From the NCBI GenBank assembly GCA_963847705.1, contig CAWKBC010000030.1, forward strand, positions 256,001 through 320,000: a stretch of DNA of 64,000 nucleotides. The letters are read 5' to 3'. Of the stretch, positions 38,232 to 48,146 are shown piece after piece. The DNA is from an uncultured Pseudomonadota bacterium (GTDB lineage Bacteria; Myxococcota_A; Polyangia; Fen-1088). Below the pieces are notes generated by a model. It worked only from the letters and a program-made list of their open reading frames with translations. It made no database searches and was not told the DNA's origin. The number at the start of each line of letters is the position of its first letter. Position 1 is the stretch's first letter. Both the position numbers and the translations under genes were made by a program.

Positions 38232-39429
38232 GATCGGTACGTTGTCCCCCGTACCGGCACAGTTCGTCACCAGGGGCGGGACGCTCCCGGCCGAGTCGAG
38301 CGCGACCGTGTATGCGTAGGGCGGGAGCCAGGGCACGATTTGCGTCGAGGGAACGACGTTCTGGCCATTCCCGTCGGAGGCGTTGATCGCGTTGTTGACG
38401 AGATCGACGTACCCGGCCGTCGCCGGAGAATCGAGAATCGTCGTCACGGGGCCGAAATTCGGGTCCGTCTGTCCGGCCGGCGAGACGTCGCGGAAGGCGC
38501 TCGCCTCGATCCGCACGTTGGCGCCGTCGGTGGAGGCGACGCCGTAGCTGGCGACCATGTCGAAGTAGCTGTTGAGGACGTGGACGGTCCCGAAGCGCAC
38601 CCGGGGTCCCGTCTTCACGTTGGTGAACAGGTCGTGGTCGTAGGTGACGTGCTCCTTGCCGGCGTCCTCGGCGGCCGCGGCGCTGCTGTCGGAGCGGCCC
38701 ACCAGGCCGCTGTCCTGGTGGTCGTGATAGTGCGTCCAGGAGACGGTGACGAAGTCGCTCTGGTCCGAGATGTCGACCAGTCCGTCATAGGTCCCGGTCC
38801 CGTTGTTGCTCGAGGAGATCGCAGTGGTCAATCCGAATCTGATGCGACCCCTCGATGTGAATGGCGTCGATGTCCCCGTCGGTGTTCGGCCGCGCGATCA
38901 CCAGATTCCGCACGATCACGTTCGAGACCCGGGTCATCGCCAGTCCGCCGCCGAAGAGCCCGGAGTTGGCGTTGGCACCGACGACGGTCTTGTTGGACGA
39001 GACCCGGATCGATTCGCCGCCGGTATCGCCTCCGTCGGGCGTGGCCGGGACGGTGAGCATCCCCTTGACCACGATGGTCAGCGGTCCCGGCATCTTGTCG
39101 CTGGCGTACATCTTGAACTGGTCGAGCGCGTCGGCCTCCGCCGCGTCGACGACCAGGGGCGTGCTCGCACCGCCGCCGCTCACGCCCCCATCCAGGAGCA
39201 ACGTCGGTGCGGCGTCGCTCCCGCCATCGGGCTCGCCGCCGAGATCGCTCATCGTGGCGAAGCCGATCAGACGGTAGGGGCAATCCTGCGGGACCGATGA
39301 ATCGGAGCCGGGCGCAGCATCGCTGCCGGTGGTGGGGCGGGCGCGAATCGGATGGAGGTCACCGCCGCAGCCGGCAGCGAGCAGCGCCAGGAAAATGACC
39401 GTTCGGTCGGCGAGGGGGCCGCGCGCCAC
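38223..39429 (-). CDS. PL1 pectate lyase-like lipoprotein; frameshifted at ~38814 and with catalytic residues substituted
   Basis: Lipobox LAAGC; SNKTVVG, NVIVRNL, DAI, IDH, DGLVD and PRVRFG motifs. ORFs 38785-39492 and 38223-38831 join if one G at 38814-15 is removed. TACTAT 6 nt before GTG 39429. Confidence 0.8.
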
Positions 39430-39465
39430 CTCCACATAGTACATAGGCCCGCGTCCTTCCGGGGG

Positions 39466-39493
39466 TGAACCGCGCCGGGGGGGCCGGGACACT
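39466..39493 (+). promoter_or_regulatory. ECF-type promoter TGAACC-N16-GACACT (putative autoregulation)
   Basis: One of seven similar sites; ends 19 nt before ATG 39513. Confidence 0.7.
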
Positions 39494-39512
39494 CACGGAA
39501 CAGGTACGAACA

Positions 39513-40334
39513 ATGTCGCTGCAACCTGGAAGCGGTCGGTCGGAACGTGTTTCACGCGATCCGGCGGCCGTGCGTCCGACGCAGCGCGCCTACCGGCGTC
39601 CCGTCGATCCGGCGGGGACAAGAAGTGGAGGCCCAGGTAAACTCGTGAATGTGCCGTCCCCCACCGGCCTTCGCGCGGACGGCCCAGAGCGCCCGCCTGC
39701 TCCGGTCGCGCCCCAGACGCCGAAGCCGACGCCTCCGGTCGCGGCGCCGCTCTACGCCGACGACGCCGAGCTGGTGGCGGCGCTCCGGCGCGGTGAGGCG
39801 CGCGCGCAGAGCATCCTGGTCGAGCGGTACGAGCCGCTGGTCGAGCGGCTGGTCGCCGGGGCGCTGGGGATCGACGCCGAGATCGCGGACGTCGTTCAGG
39901 ACGTCTTCGTGGCGGTCCTCGAGGGGGTCCACAACCTGAAGGACGCCTCCGCGCTGCGGAGCTGGATCGCCACGCTGACCGTGTTCACCGCGCGCGGCCG
40001 GATCCGGCGGCGGCGGCGCTGGCGCTGGATCCGGTTCGTGGCGCCCGAGGAGGTCCCCGAGGTGCCGGTGGCCGCCCCCCAGGGGGAGACCCACGAGGCG
40101 GTGCGCGCCACCTACGCGATCCTCTCCGACTTTCCGGCTGACGAGCGGCTGGCCTTCACGCTCCGCTTCGTGTCGGAGATGCAGCTCACCGAGGTGGCCG
40201 CGGCCTGCCGGGTGTCGCTGGCGACGGTCAAGCGGCGGCTGGCACGTGCCGAGAAGCGGTTCGTGGAGGCGGCACGTTCGAATCCTGCGCTGACGGAACG
40301 GATGGTACGCGGAGGGCGGTGGACTGAATCATGA
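39513..40334 (+). CDS. ECF RNA polymerase sigma factor
   Basis: Region 2 ADVVQDVF...LRSWI; region 4 EVAAACRVSLATVKRRLARA. Alternative start at 39645. Confidence 0.9.
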   Translation: MSLQPGSGRSERVSRDPAAVRPTQRAYRRPVDPAGTRSGGPGKLVNVPSPTGLRADGPERPPAPVAPQTPKPTPPVAAPLYADDAELVAALRRGEARAQSILVERYEPLVERLVAGALGIDAEIADVVQDVFVAVLEGVHNLKDASALRSWIATLTVFTARGRIRRRRRWRWIRFVAPEEVPEVPVAAPQGETHEAVRATYAILSDFPADERLAFTLRFVSEMQLTEVAAACRVSLATVKRRLARAEKRFVEAARSNPALTERMVRGGRWTES

Positions 40335-41644
40335 ACCGGGAGCTGAATCGGATGAACGGGGAGCTGGAATCGTTGATGCGCGACGTGGGTCGCGTCGTCG
40401 AGGGCGAGGCCCAGCGCCAAAATATTCTGCCGCAGGTCCAGGCGCGACTGGCGGCGCGGGAGAGCCTGCGGGCACGACCTGCGCGTGCTGCGAATGGTCG
40501 CTGGAGCGTGGCGCTCGCCTTCGGGACGCTGGCGGCGGGAGCGGCGGCCGCCTTCATCTATCTTCATCCGCGCGCGATCTCGTACGCAGTGGCGGGCGTG
40601 GGCGAAGGGGAGGTCGGGGCGGCGCTGGTGGCGCCGGCGGCGGCGCCGCTGGAGCTGCAGTTCTCCGATGGCTCGGCCGTCACGCTGCCGCCCCGCGCGG
40701 CCGCCCACGTGGAGGCGCTCGATCGCAACGGGGCGACGGTGGCGATCGAGGAGGGGACGCTCGAGGTCTCGGTCATCCACCGCAGCCACACCCGCTGGCA
40801 GGTTCAGGCGGGCGGCTACCGCATCCAGGTGACGGGCACCCGCTTCGCCGCCGGCTGGGATCGGTCAAGCCGGGCGCTCACCGTGACGATGCACGAGGGC
40901 TCGGTGTTGGTCAGCGGCCCCGGGCTGGAGGAGCCTGTTCGCGTGGTGACGGGCCAGCGCCTGCGCGCCAGCGCCAGCGGCGCCGATCTGGGGCTCGAGA
41001 ACGCACCGGCGCCGAGCGCCGAGCTCGAAGCGCCCCCGCCGGGGCTGCCGCCGTCCGCGACGGCTTCGCATGGTTCCGAGCCGGCGCTGGCGCCGCCTCC
41101 CACCGAGATCGCGCCCCCCACGGAACGCCCGTCGGCGCCCCGGGCCCGGCGCGTCGAGGCGGTGGCGGCCCACGCCGGGACGCCGGTCAACGGCGACTGG
41201 CGCGTCCAGGCGGCGCGGGCGGAGTATCACGAAGCTCTGGCCGCCGCCGTGCTGGAAGGATGGCGGGCGGAGTGCGCGCGGCTCGGCGCGGATGATCTGG
41301 TGTTGCTCGGCGACGTGGCCCGGCTGGCGGGCGATCTCGATCGCGCGGAAGAGGCCTATCGCTCGGCGCGCCGGCGCTTCCCCGAGGCCGACCGTCCGAT
41401 CTACGCGCTCGGTCTCATCGCCTTCGAGGGGCGGCACAACTACAAGCTGGCGGGCGATCTGTTCGGCAGCTATCTGCGCTCGTTCCCCCGCGGCCCGCTG
41501 GCGCGCGAGGCGGCAGGCCGCCTGATCGAGTCTCGGCTGAAGGCCGGCGATGACCTGGAGGCGCGTCGCGCGGCGACCTCGTACCTGCACGACTTCCCTG
41601 GTGGACCGTACGCCGCACTGGCCAGACGCACGGTCGGTCCGTGA
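40331..41644 (+). CDS. FecR-like transmembrane anti-sigma factor with C-terminal TPRs
   Basis: Single TM; FSDGS and VTGTRF...V.MHEGSV FecR motifs; Pro-rich linker; TPR tail YLRSFPRGP. ATGA overlap with the sigma gene. Confidence 0.85.
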   Translation: MNRELNRMNGELESLMRDVGRVVEGEAQRQNILPQVQARLAARESLRARPARAANGRWSVALAFGTLAAGAAAAFIYLHPRAISYAVAGVGEGEVGAALVAPAAAPLELQFSDGSAVTLPPRAAAHVEALDRNGATVAIEEGTLEVSVIHRSHTRWQVQAGGYRIQVTGTRFAAGWDRSSRALTVTMHEGSVLVSGPGLEEPVRVVTGQRLRASASGADLGLENAPAPSAELEAPPPGLPPSATASHGSEPALAPPPTEIAPPTERPSAPRARRVEAVAAHAGTPVNGDWRVQAARAEYHEALAAAVLEGWRAECARLGADDLVLLGDVARLAGDLDRAEEAYRSARRRFPEADRPIYALGLIAFEGRHNYKLAGDLFGSYLRSFPRGPLAREAAGRLIESRLKAGDDLEARRAATSYLHDFPGGPYAALARRTVGP

Positions 41645-42669
41645 TCTGCGGCCGCGGCGGCATTCGAGCCGCCGTCGCCTTTGCTCTGCTCGCTGCCGCT
41701 GCTGCGGCCCGCGCCAGCTCCGATCTGCCCGAGGTGCCCGATCGTACGCCGCGGGTGGCGCTCCTCTCCACCGTTCCCGACGATCCGCTGGCCGGGCGGA
41801 TCGACGCCGAGCTCCACGCGGTCGGTGTCGGGGTCACGCGGGGAGCCATCACGCCCGGGATGGGGATCGAGGAGCAGGTGCGCGCCGCGCTCGGCGCGGG
41901 CGCGCGCGCCGTGGTGGTCGCGGACGGGCACCGCACCGACGTCTGGATCGCGCAGGTGGGCTCGGATCGGATCGGGCTCCGGCAGGAGCTGGAGGTCGAC
42001 GAGGCCTCCGGGCTGCAGGCGGTGCTGGCGCTGAGGACCGTCGAGTTCCTGCGGATCAGCCTGGGACTGGTGGCCGAGCCCAACATAATGCCGCTGCCGG
42101 CGGCCCGACCGGCCGTGGCCAGCACCGCGCCCGTCGCGCCGGAGCCGAAACGCTGGCTGGCCGTCGACGCGTCGTCCGGTGTGCTCGCCAGCGCGGGCGG
42201 CGGGGGAGCGATCGCCATCGCCGGCATCAGCCTGCGCGGGCAGCTCCTGGGCATCGTGGGCGCCGAGCTCTGCTTCTACGCGCCGCTCAGCGAAGCGACG
42301 CTGACGAACGGGGATGGAGCGTCGCGGACGTCGGCGTGGCTGGCCGGCGGCGGGTTGGTGATTGCGCCACGACCGGACAACCGCGCCTCGATCGAGGTGG
42401 CGGGGGGGACGCTGGCGACGTTGATCCGTTCTGACGGAACCCCCTCCAACCCCGGGATATCCGTGGGCGCGAATGACCGGGTGCTCCACGCCGCCCTGTA
42501 CGGGCGGGGCGCCGCGCGGCTGCGTCTGGCGCCGAGGGTTTCGCTGCGGCTCGATCTGATCGCGGGTACGGTCATCAATCCGCCTGCCATCAAGACGGCC
42601 TCCATGCAGGTGGCCACCTGGGGCGCGGCCTTCGCGGCCGGTCTGGGTGGCGCCGAGCTGCGGTTCTAG
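41641..42669 (+). CDS. Exported protein with a periplasmic domain and a C-terminal outer-membrane beta-barrel
   Basis: Signal peptide, LALRTVEFLR helix, amphipathic strands ending GAELRF; GTGA coupling. Confidence 0.6.
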   Translation: MICGRGGIRAAVAFALLAAAAAARASSDLPEVPDRTPRVALLSTVPDDPLAGRIDAELHAVGVGVTRGAITPGMGIEEQVRAALGAGARAVVVADGHRTDVWIAQVGSDRIGLRQELEVDEASGLQAVLALRTVEFLRISLGLVAEPNIMPLPAARPAVASTAPVAPEPKRWLAVDASSGVLASAGGGGAIAIAGISLRGQLLGIVGAELCFYAPLSEATLTNGDGASRTSAWLAGGGLVIAPRPDNRASIEVAGGTLATLIRSDGTPSNPGISVGANDRVLHAALYGRGAARLRLAPRVSLRLDLIAGTVINPPAIKTASMQVATWGAAFAAGLGGAELRF

Positions 42670-42700
42670 CGCGCCGGAGCCCTGGCGCCGTCGCGGGCCC

Positions 42701-42728
42701 TGAGCCGCCCGACACCGACGGGAACACT
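42701..42728 (+). promoter_or_regulatory. ECF-type promoter TGAGCC-N16-AACACT
   Basis: Ends 11 nt before ATG 42740. Confidence 0.7.
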
Positions 42729-42739
42729 GATTCGACGCA

Positions 42740-44227
42740 ATGTCGGGTGTTCGGTTTCTGGTTGGCATCGGCGCGCTGCTTCTGCTTGGCCAGAGGGTGG
42801 CGGCGGCCTCGCCGCGGCGCATCGCCGAGGCGCACGATCCAGCGGCGCGGGTGACGCAGCTGAACCGCGAAGCGCTGGCGGCGATCGACAAGCGCGAGTT
42901 CGAGAAGGCGCGCGAGATCTTGAAGAAGGCGCTGGAGCTTTGCGGGACGGCGGGGCTCGACCGTCACCCGGTCGCGGCGCGCACCCACGTGCACATGGGC
43001 GTGGTGATCATCGCCGGGTTCAAGAACCGGGAGCTCGGCGAGAAGCAGTTTTCCCAGGCGCTGGCCATCGAGCCGGCGATCGCGATGACCCCGGCGCTGG
43101 TGACGCCCGAGATCAGCGAGGCGTTCGACGAGGCGAAGCAGCAGAGCAAGGGCGGCGCGGCCTCCTCGGCAAGCTCGTCGGACGGAGACGAGGCGGAGCC
43201 GCCGGCGACGGTCGCGCGCGATTCGGCGGTGCGCCGGACGTCCTCTTCGTCGTCGGGCGGCTTCACCTACCACACCGTCAGTGAGGTGAAGCAGGGGAAC
43301 GCCATCCGCGTGACGGTCAACGTCGACGAGACGCTCAAGTTTCGCAAGGTGGTGCTCGCCTACCGTCCGCAGGGGACCTCCGAGTTCCTGGGGCGCGAGA
43401 TGGACCCGGTCGGGCCGGGCGCCTACAGCGCCGAGATCCCCGATCACGCGACCACCGGAGCGTCGGTGGCCTACTACATCGAGGCGCAGGACGACGACGG
43501 ACAGCCGGTCGCCAACCGCGGCACGGAGTCACGGCCGCTGGTGATTCAGCTCGCCGGCGAGGCGCGCGAGGGCGAGCGCGGGCACGCCTCCGAGGGGACC
43601 GAGCGAAACGACAGCGACGACACCACCACCGTTCGTGAGGAGGGGGAGCGCGAGGATGAAAATGGCGCGCGCTGGTTCGTCAGCGTCGCCGTGGGGAGCG
43701 GCGCCGGCTACGCGACGGGCACCGGGGAGACCAACGCCAACCTGCCGGTCTCGGGCTCGTTCGCCAGCACCTCGCTCGGTCAGATTTCACCCGAGGTCGG
43801 CTACTGGCTCGCCCCCGACCTCCTGCTCTCGGCGCAGGGGCGAATCCAGGTGGTGACCGGCCCGACGGAGCTGGTCGACGCCACGGGCCGCGTCTATCAG
43901 CCCGCCGATCTGGCACTGGCGCTGTTTCTCAAGGCGTCGCTGTTCTTCGGCTCGGAGGGCTTGCGCCCGTTCCTCTCGGGCGGGCTCGGCGGCGGGCAGA
44001 TCCGCCACGTGATCACCTTCGGCGCCTACCACGACTGCGGCGCGAGCCGCAGCCAGACCTGCGTCGACTCGGTCGTGGCGGGGCCTGCGCTCGCCCAGGT
44101 GGGCGCCGGCTTTCTCTACGAGCTGACCTCGACGTTCGGGCTCGAGGCCTCCAGCAACGTCCAGATCGCCGAGCCCAAGTTCACCTTCAACGTCGATCTC
44201 AACGCCGGCGTCGCCTTCGACTTTTGA
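42740..44227 (+). CDS. TPR + Ig-like + outer-membrane beta-barrel protein
   Basis: Signal peptide; TPR helices; YSAEIP...VAYYIEAQD Ig-like domain; barrel ending VAFDF. Confidence 0.68.
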   Translation: MSGVRFLVGIGALLLLGQRVAAASPRRIAEAHDPAARVTQLNREALAAIDKREFEKAREILKKALELCGTAGLDRHPVAARTHVHMGVVIIAGFKNRELGEKQFSQALAIEPAIAMTPALVTPEISEAFDEAKQQSKGGAASSASSSDGDEAEPPATVARDSAVRRTSSSSSGGFTYHTVSEVKQGNAIRVTVNVDETLKFRKVVLAYRPQGTSEFLGREMDPVGPGAYSAEIPDHATTGASVAYYIEAQDDDGQPVANRGTESRPLVIQLAGEAREGERGHASEGTERNDSDDTTTVREEGEREDENGARWFVSVAVGSGAGYATGTGETNANLPVSGSFASTSLGQISPEVGYWLAPDLLLSAQGRIQVVTGPTELVDATGRVYQPADLALALFLKASLFFGSEGLRPFLSGGLGGGQIRHVITFGAYHDCGASRSQTCVDSVVAGPALAQVGAGFLYELTSTFGLEASSNVQIAEPKFTFNVDLNAGVAFDF

Positions 44228-44229
44228 AG

Positions 44230-45117
44230 ATGAGGCCGTTGCGATTCGTCTTGGGCTGCTCTCTGGTGACGCTGGTGGCCGGTTGTCTCACGCCCGCCGG
44301 CTACGACCGCGGTCCGGACGGGGGCGCGAGCGCCACCGGTGGCGCGTCGACGCCGGGTGGCCAAGGAGGTCAAGCGGGGAAAGGCGGATCCTCGGGATCG
44401 TCCGGGTTTTCGGGCACCGGCGGAGCGACGGTCGCGACCGGCGGCGTCCCGGGCAGCGGCGGGGCGACCGGGCGCGGCGGGACCGGCGGCACCGTCGTGT
44501 CGGGCACCGGCGGAAGGGCGTCGAGCGGCCCCGACGGTGGGACCGTGCTTTACAGTGACGACTTCTCGGGCGACACGCCCGGCGCGATGGCCACCGGGTG
44601 GATCGCCGACACCATCGACTCCGATCCCACCGACGGCACCTGGAGCGTGGTGAGCGACAACGGGAATCTGGCGCTGCAAGGGGCGGCCAGCGGCAGTGAC
44701 TTCATCATGGACATCGGCGGCGACCAGAGCTGGACCGACTACACCTTCCAGGTCGACATCAAGATGATCTCCGGCTCGAGCTTCGAATTCGGCGTGTTCG
44801 GTCGGTTCGCCCTGGGCTCCGACAAGGGGAACTACTACGAGGCCTACATGGACGACAGCGGCGCCGTGCAGCTGCGCGTGAAGCTCAACGGCAGCACGAC
44901 GACGCTGGGGAGCAAGAGCAAGTCGACCACCGGCGACGCCCAGCTGAACACCGTCTACACCTTCAAGCTCGACATGCACGGCGGCCTGATCAGCGTGTCG
45001 GTCAACGGCGTCGCCCGCGTCAGCATGGTGATGGACACGACGCTCTCGACGGGCGGGATCGGTCTCATCGTGAACGGCGGGACGGCCGAGTTTGACAACG
45101 TCTATGTCACCCAATGA
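44230..45117 (+). CDS. Lipoprotein with a Gly/Thr/Ser linker and a concanavalin-like (DUF1080/CBM66-like) beta-sandwich
   Basis: Lipobox VAGC; YSDDF, WTDYTF, GGIGL and FDNV motifs. Confidence 0.7.
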   Translation: MRPLRFVLGCSLVTLVAGCLTPAGYDRGPDGGASATGGASTPGGQGGQAGKGGSSGSSGFSGTGGATVATGGVPGSGGATGRGGTGGTVVSGTGGRASSGPDGGTVLYSDDFSGDTPGAMATGWIADTIDSDPTDGTWSVVSDNGNLALQGAASGSDFIMDIGGDQSWTDYTFQVDIKMISGSSFEFGVFGRFALGSDKGNYYEAYMDDSGAVQLRVKLNGSTTTLGSKSKSTTGDAQLNTVYTFKLDMHGGLISVSVNGVARVSMVMDTTLSTGGIGLIVNGGTAEFDNVYVTQ

Positions 45118-45130
45118 CGATCGTGCCTTC

Positions 45131-46543
45131 GTGAAACCGTTCCTCGACGAAGACTTCCTGCTCGACTCGCCGACCGCGGCCGAGCTCTATCACGGGGTCG
45201 CCGCCCAGCAGCCGATCCTCGACTACCACTGTCACCTCTCGCCGCAGCAGGTGGCCGACGATCACCGGTTCCGGTCGCTGACCGAGATCTGGCTCGACGG
45301 CGACCACTACAAGTGGCGGGCGATGCGGGCCGACGGCGTCCCCGAACGGGCCATCACCGGCCAGGCGACCGACTGGGAGAAGTTCGAGGCCTGGGCCAAG
45401 ACGGTCCCGCGCACGCTGCGCAATCCGCTCTACCACTGGACGCACCTCGAGCTCCGCTTTCCGTTCGGGCTCCCCGGCAAGCTGCTGGGGCCCGAGACGG
45501 CGCGCGAGATCTTCGACCACTGCAACGCCAAGCTGGCGACCGACGGCTTCACCACGCAGGGGCTCCTGCGCCAGTTCAACGTGCGCGTCATCTGCAGCAC
45601 CGACGATCCGGTCGACAATCTCGAGCCGCACCGACGCCACGCGCGGCGTGCGGGCGCCTTCACCAAGCTCTATCCGACCTGGCGGCCCGACCGGGCGCTG
45701 GCCCTGCAGGATCTGGCCGGCTGGAACGGTTGGCTCGACGCGCTGGGGACCGCCGTGAACGGCACCGTGGGGACGCTCGACGAGCTGCGCGATGCGCTCG
45801 CCAAGCGGCACGACGCCTTCCACGCGGCCGGCTGTCGGGCCTCGGACCATGGCCTGGAACGGCTCTACGTCGCCGACCACACCGAGCGCGAGGTCGCCGC
45901 CATCTTCGCCAGGGCCCGTGGCGGGCAGGCGCCGACGCCCGAGGAGATCGAGAAGCTGCGTTCGGCGCTGCTCTTCGATCTGGCGGTGCTCGATCACCGG
46001 CGCGGCTGGGCGCAGCAGTTCCACCTGGGCGCGCTGCGGGACACCAGCACCCGCGGGATGGCTGCCCTCGGCCCCAACACCGGCTACGACGCCATCGCCG
46101 ACTTCCCGCAGGCGGTCGCGCTGGCGCGTTTTCTCGACCGGCTGGACGCGGGCGGAACGCTGGCCAAGACCATCGTCTACAACCTCAACCCGGCCGACAA
46201 CGAGGCGTTCGCCACCGTCATCGGCAGCTTTCAGGACGGGTCGCAACCCGGGAAGATGCAGCTCGGCAGCGCCTGGTGGTTCCTCGATCAGCTCGACGGC
46301 ATGCGCAAGCAGCTCGACGCGCTCTCCAGCCTGGGCCTGCTCTCCCGCTTCGTTGGGATGCTCACCGACTCGCGCAGCTTCCTGTCGTTCTCGCGCCACG
46401 AGTACTTCCGGCGCCTGCTCTGCAACCTGCTGGGGCAGGACGTCGAGCGCGGCCTCTTGCCCAACGATCGCTCGCTGCTGGGAGCGCTGGTCGAGGACGT
46501 CTGCTTCCGGAACGCGCGCGACTACTTCCGGTTCGAGCTCTAG
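45131..46543 (+). CDS. uxaC: Uronate (glucuronate/galacturonate) isomerase
   Basis: DYHCHL, GDHYKWRAMR, GSAWWF and GMLTDSRSFLS motifs. Confidence 0.95.
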   Translation: MKPFLDEDFLLDSPTAAELYHGVAAQQPILDYHCHLSPQQVADDHRFRSLTEIWLDGDHYKWRAMRADGVPERAITGQATDWEKFEAWAKTVPRTLRNPLYHWTHLELRFPFGLPGKLLGPETAREIFDHCNAKLATDGFTTQGLLRQFNVRVICSTDDPVDNLEPHRRHARRAGAFTKLYPTWRPDRALALQDLAGWNGWLDALGTAVNGTVGTLDELRDALAKRHDAFHAAGCRASDHGLERLYVADHTEREVAAIFARARGGQAPTPEEIEKLRSALLFDLAVLDHRRGWAQQFHLGALRDTSTRGMAALGPNTGYDAIADFPQAVALARFLDRLDAGGTLAKTIVYNLNPADNEAFATVIGSFQDGSQPGKMQLGSAWWFLDQLDGMRKQLDALSSLGLLSRFVGMLTDSRSFLSFSRHEYFRRLLCNLLGQDVERGLLPNDRSLLGALVEDVCFRNARDYFRFEL

Positions 46544-46588
46544 TCAGGGCGGCGCGGCGGCCGCCCCTCCTCCCTCACCCGGGGCTCC

Positions 46589-47782
46589 TTACCCGGGGGG
46601 GTTGATGCTGGGGCAGCCGAAGATGATCTGCACCGCGCCGGCGCCCGCCGCCTGGATCATGTTGCACCAGGAGCCATGGACCTCGACGGCTGTGTCGTTG
46701 AGGTCCGTGTAGGTCCAGCCGTTGGTCGCGTCGTAGGGGATGCGGGTCATGCCGGTGCCGACGTAAACGCCCAGCTTGGTCGGATCGTTGCGCACGGGCG
46801 GCGCCGGCGAGAGGGGAAACAGACAGGTCGAGATCTGGCCAGTGATCGCCTCCATCGCGGCGACCAGGGTGTTGGCGTCGTCGGCGATGTAATAGTTGTA
46901 GGCGAGGGGGTTCGTGACGGGGATCGGCTCGCCGCCGGCCTTCGACATCGCAGTCAGCTCGGTGTTGTCACTGGCCTTGCTGGTGGCGATGCCGACCACG
47001 AAGGTGGGAAACCCAGCCGTCAGCGCGTTGGCGATGGCGGTGACCGCGGCGGGGCCGGCGCTGTCGGAGTTCTTGCTGGTCCCAACGCAGGTCGGCTCGC
47101 CGTCGGTGGCCAGCAGCAGGTACTTGGGGTTCGTGTCGGTCAGCGTCGCCAGGTAGCTGGCGCCCTGGGTGATGGCGTCGGCGGTGGGTGTCCCCTTGCC
47201 GGCGGGCGTGAGCGCGGTGATGGCGCTGTTCATCTGGGTTCCGTCCATGGCCGCGACCTTGACGTCGATGGCGCTGGTGACGCCGCCCTGGCAGTCGTCC
47301 ATCGAGTCGGTGTACGCCTCGGGGAACGACTTCATCCCCCAGGAGATCGAGCTCTGCGTGGCGCTGACCACCGCCTCCAGCGACGGAACCACAATCTGCC
47401 ACTTGGTGGTGGTGCTGCCGGACGGCGCACCGTCGGGGATGTCGATCATCGAGCCCGACCGATCGAGCACCATCAGGATGTCCGCCGCTTTGGGAGTCGG
47501 TTTGAACTGCTGGAGGCCGCAGTTCGCTTCGCCGGCGTCGCTCGGGCTGACGTCGCCCCCGCCGCCGCCGTCGCCGGTCGTGGTGAGGCCACCGCCGGCG
47601 CCCGTGCCGGTGGTGCCGCCGGAGCCGAGGTTGCCGCCTTTCCCGACGTTGCCACCTTGGCCGCTGCCGGTGGCGCCGCTGCCCCCTTCGCCCGCGGCGC
47701 TCTGGATCGGCTTCGTCCCCGCGCAGCCCCAGGCGGTGGGGAGAGCGGCCAGCAACGGGATCAACGCGCAAAGCTTCTTCAT
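46589..47782 (-). CDS. vWA-domain lipoprotein (myxobacterial type)
   Basis: Lipobox-like AWGC; Gly-rich linker; MIDAS DRSGS, TPT and TDG; ATG 47782 with GGAGG RBS. Confidence 0.82.
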   Translation of the reverse strand: MKKLCALIPLLAALPTAWGCAGTKPIQSAAGEGGSGATGSGQGGNVGKGGNLGSGGTTGTGAGGGLTTTGDGGGGGDVSPSDAGEANCGLQQFKPTPKAADILMVLDRSGSMIDIPDGAPSGSTTTKWQIVVPSLEAVVSATQSSISWGMKSFPEAYTDSMDDCQGGVTSAIDVKVAAMDGTQMNSAITALTPAGKGTPTADAITQGASYLATLTDTNPKYLLLATDGEPTCVGTSKNSDSAGPAAVTAIANALTAGFPTFVVGIATSKASDNTELTAMSKAGGEPIPVTNPLAYNYYIADDANTLVAAMEAITGQISTCLFPLSPAPPVRNDPTKLGVYVGTGMTRIPYDATNGWTYTDLNDTAVEVHGSWCNMIQAAGAGAVQIIFGCPSINPPG

Positions 47783-47915
47783 CGAGACCTCCCACGGGCC
47801 CGCGCCGGCACCCCCAGGCAACCAGCGCGGCCCCGCAGATTGGTGAGGCTCTGGGCAGAGCCAAATTTGGGCCGCCGGAGCGAGATCATCCGCGCGGCGA
47901 ATCCTTTGGGGTTTG

Positions 47916-47943
47916 AGTGTCCGCATCTCTTCGGCGCAGCTCA
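47916..47943 (-). promoter_or_regulatory. ECF-type promoter TGAGCT-N16-GACACT facing the vWA gene
   Basis: Read on the minus strand; 16-nt spacer. Confidence 0.7.
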
Positions 47944-47975
47944 GGTCGCGTCGGGTGGGCGATCTCTTCGAGAAA

Positions 47976-48003
47976 TGAGCCGCATTTCGCCGCAGCGGAC
48001 ACT
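47976..48003 (+). promoter_or_regulatory. ECF-type promoter TGAGCC-N16-GACACT with no downstream gene
   Basis: Exact match to the consensus; back-to-back with the 47916 site. Confidence 0.65.
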
Positions 48004-48107
48004 TCTGCCCCGGGGGATGTCCACGGTGACGACGATCCGGATCGCCCGCCGGAGACTTACCTGCCGAGCAGGATCTGGGCCCGGCTCTCGTCGGGTTGGG
48101 GTGGGCC

Positions 48108-48134
48108 GGTGGGAGGGGCGAAGCCCCTCCCACC
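48108..48134. terminator. Perfect 12-bp hairpin GGTGGGAGGGGC-GAA-GCCCCTCCCACC (terminator or REP-like)
   Basis: Inverted repeat just after the porin stop; no U-tract. Confidence 0.6.
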
Positions 48135-48146
48135 TCAGCGAAGCGC

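Noticed and set aside
38785-38831. Programmed ribosomal frameshift in the PL1-like gene
   Set aside because: No slippery heptamer or obvious stimulatory structure; a single-base indel is the simpler explanation.
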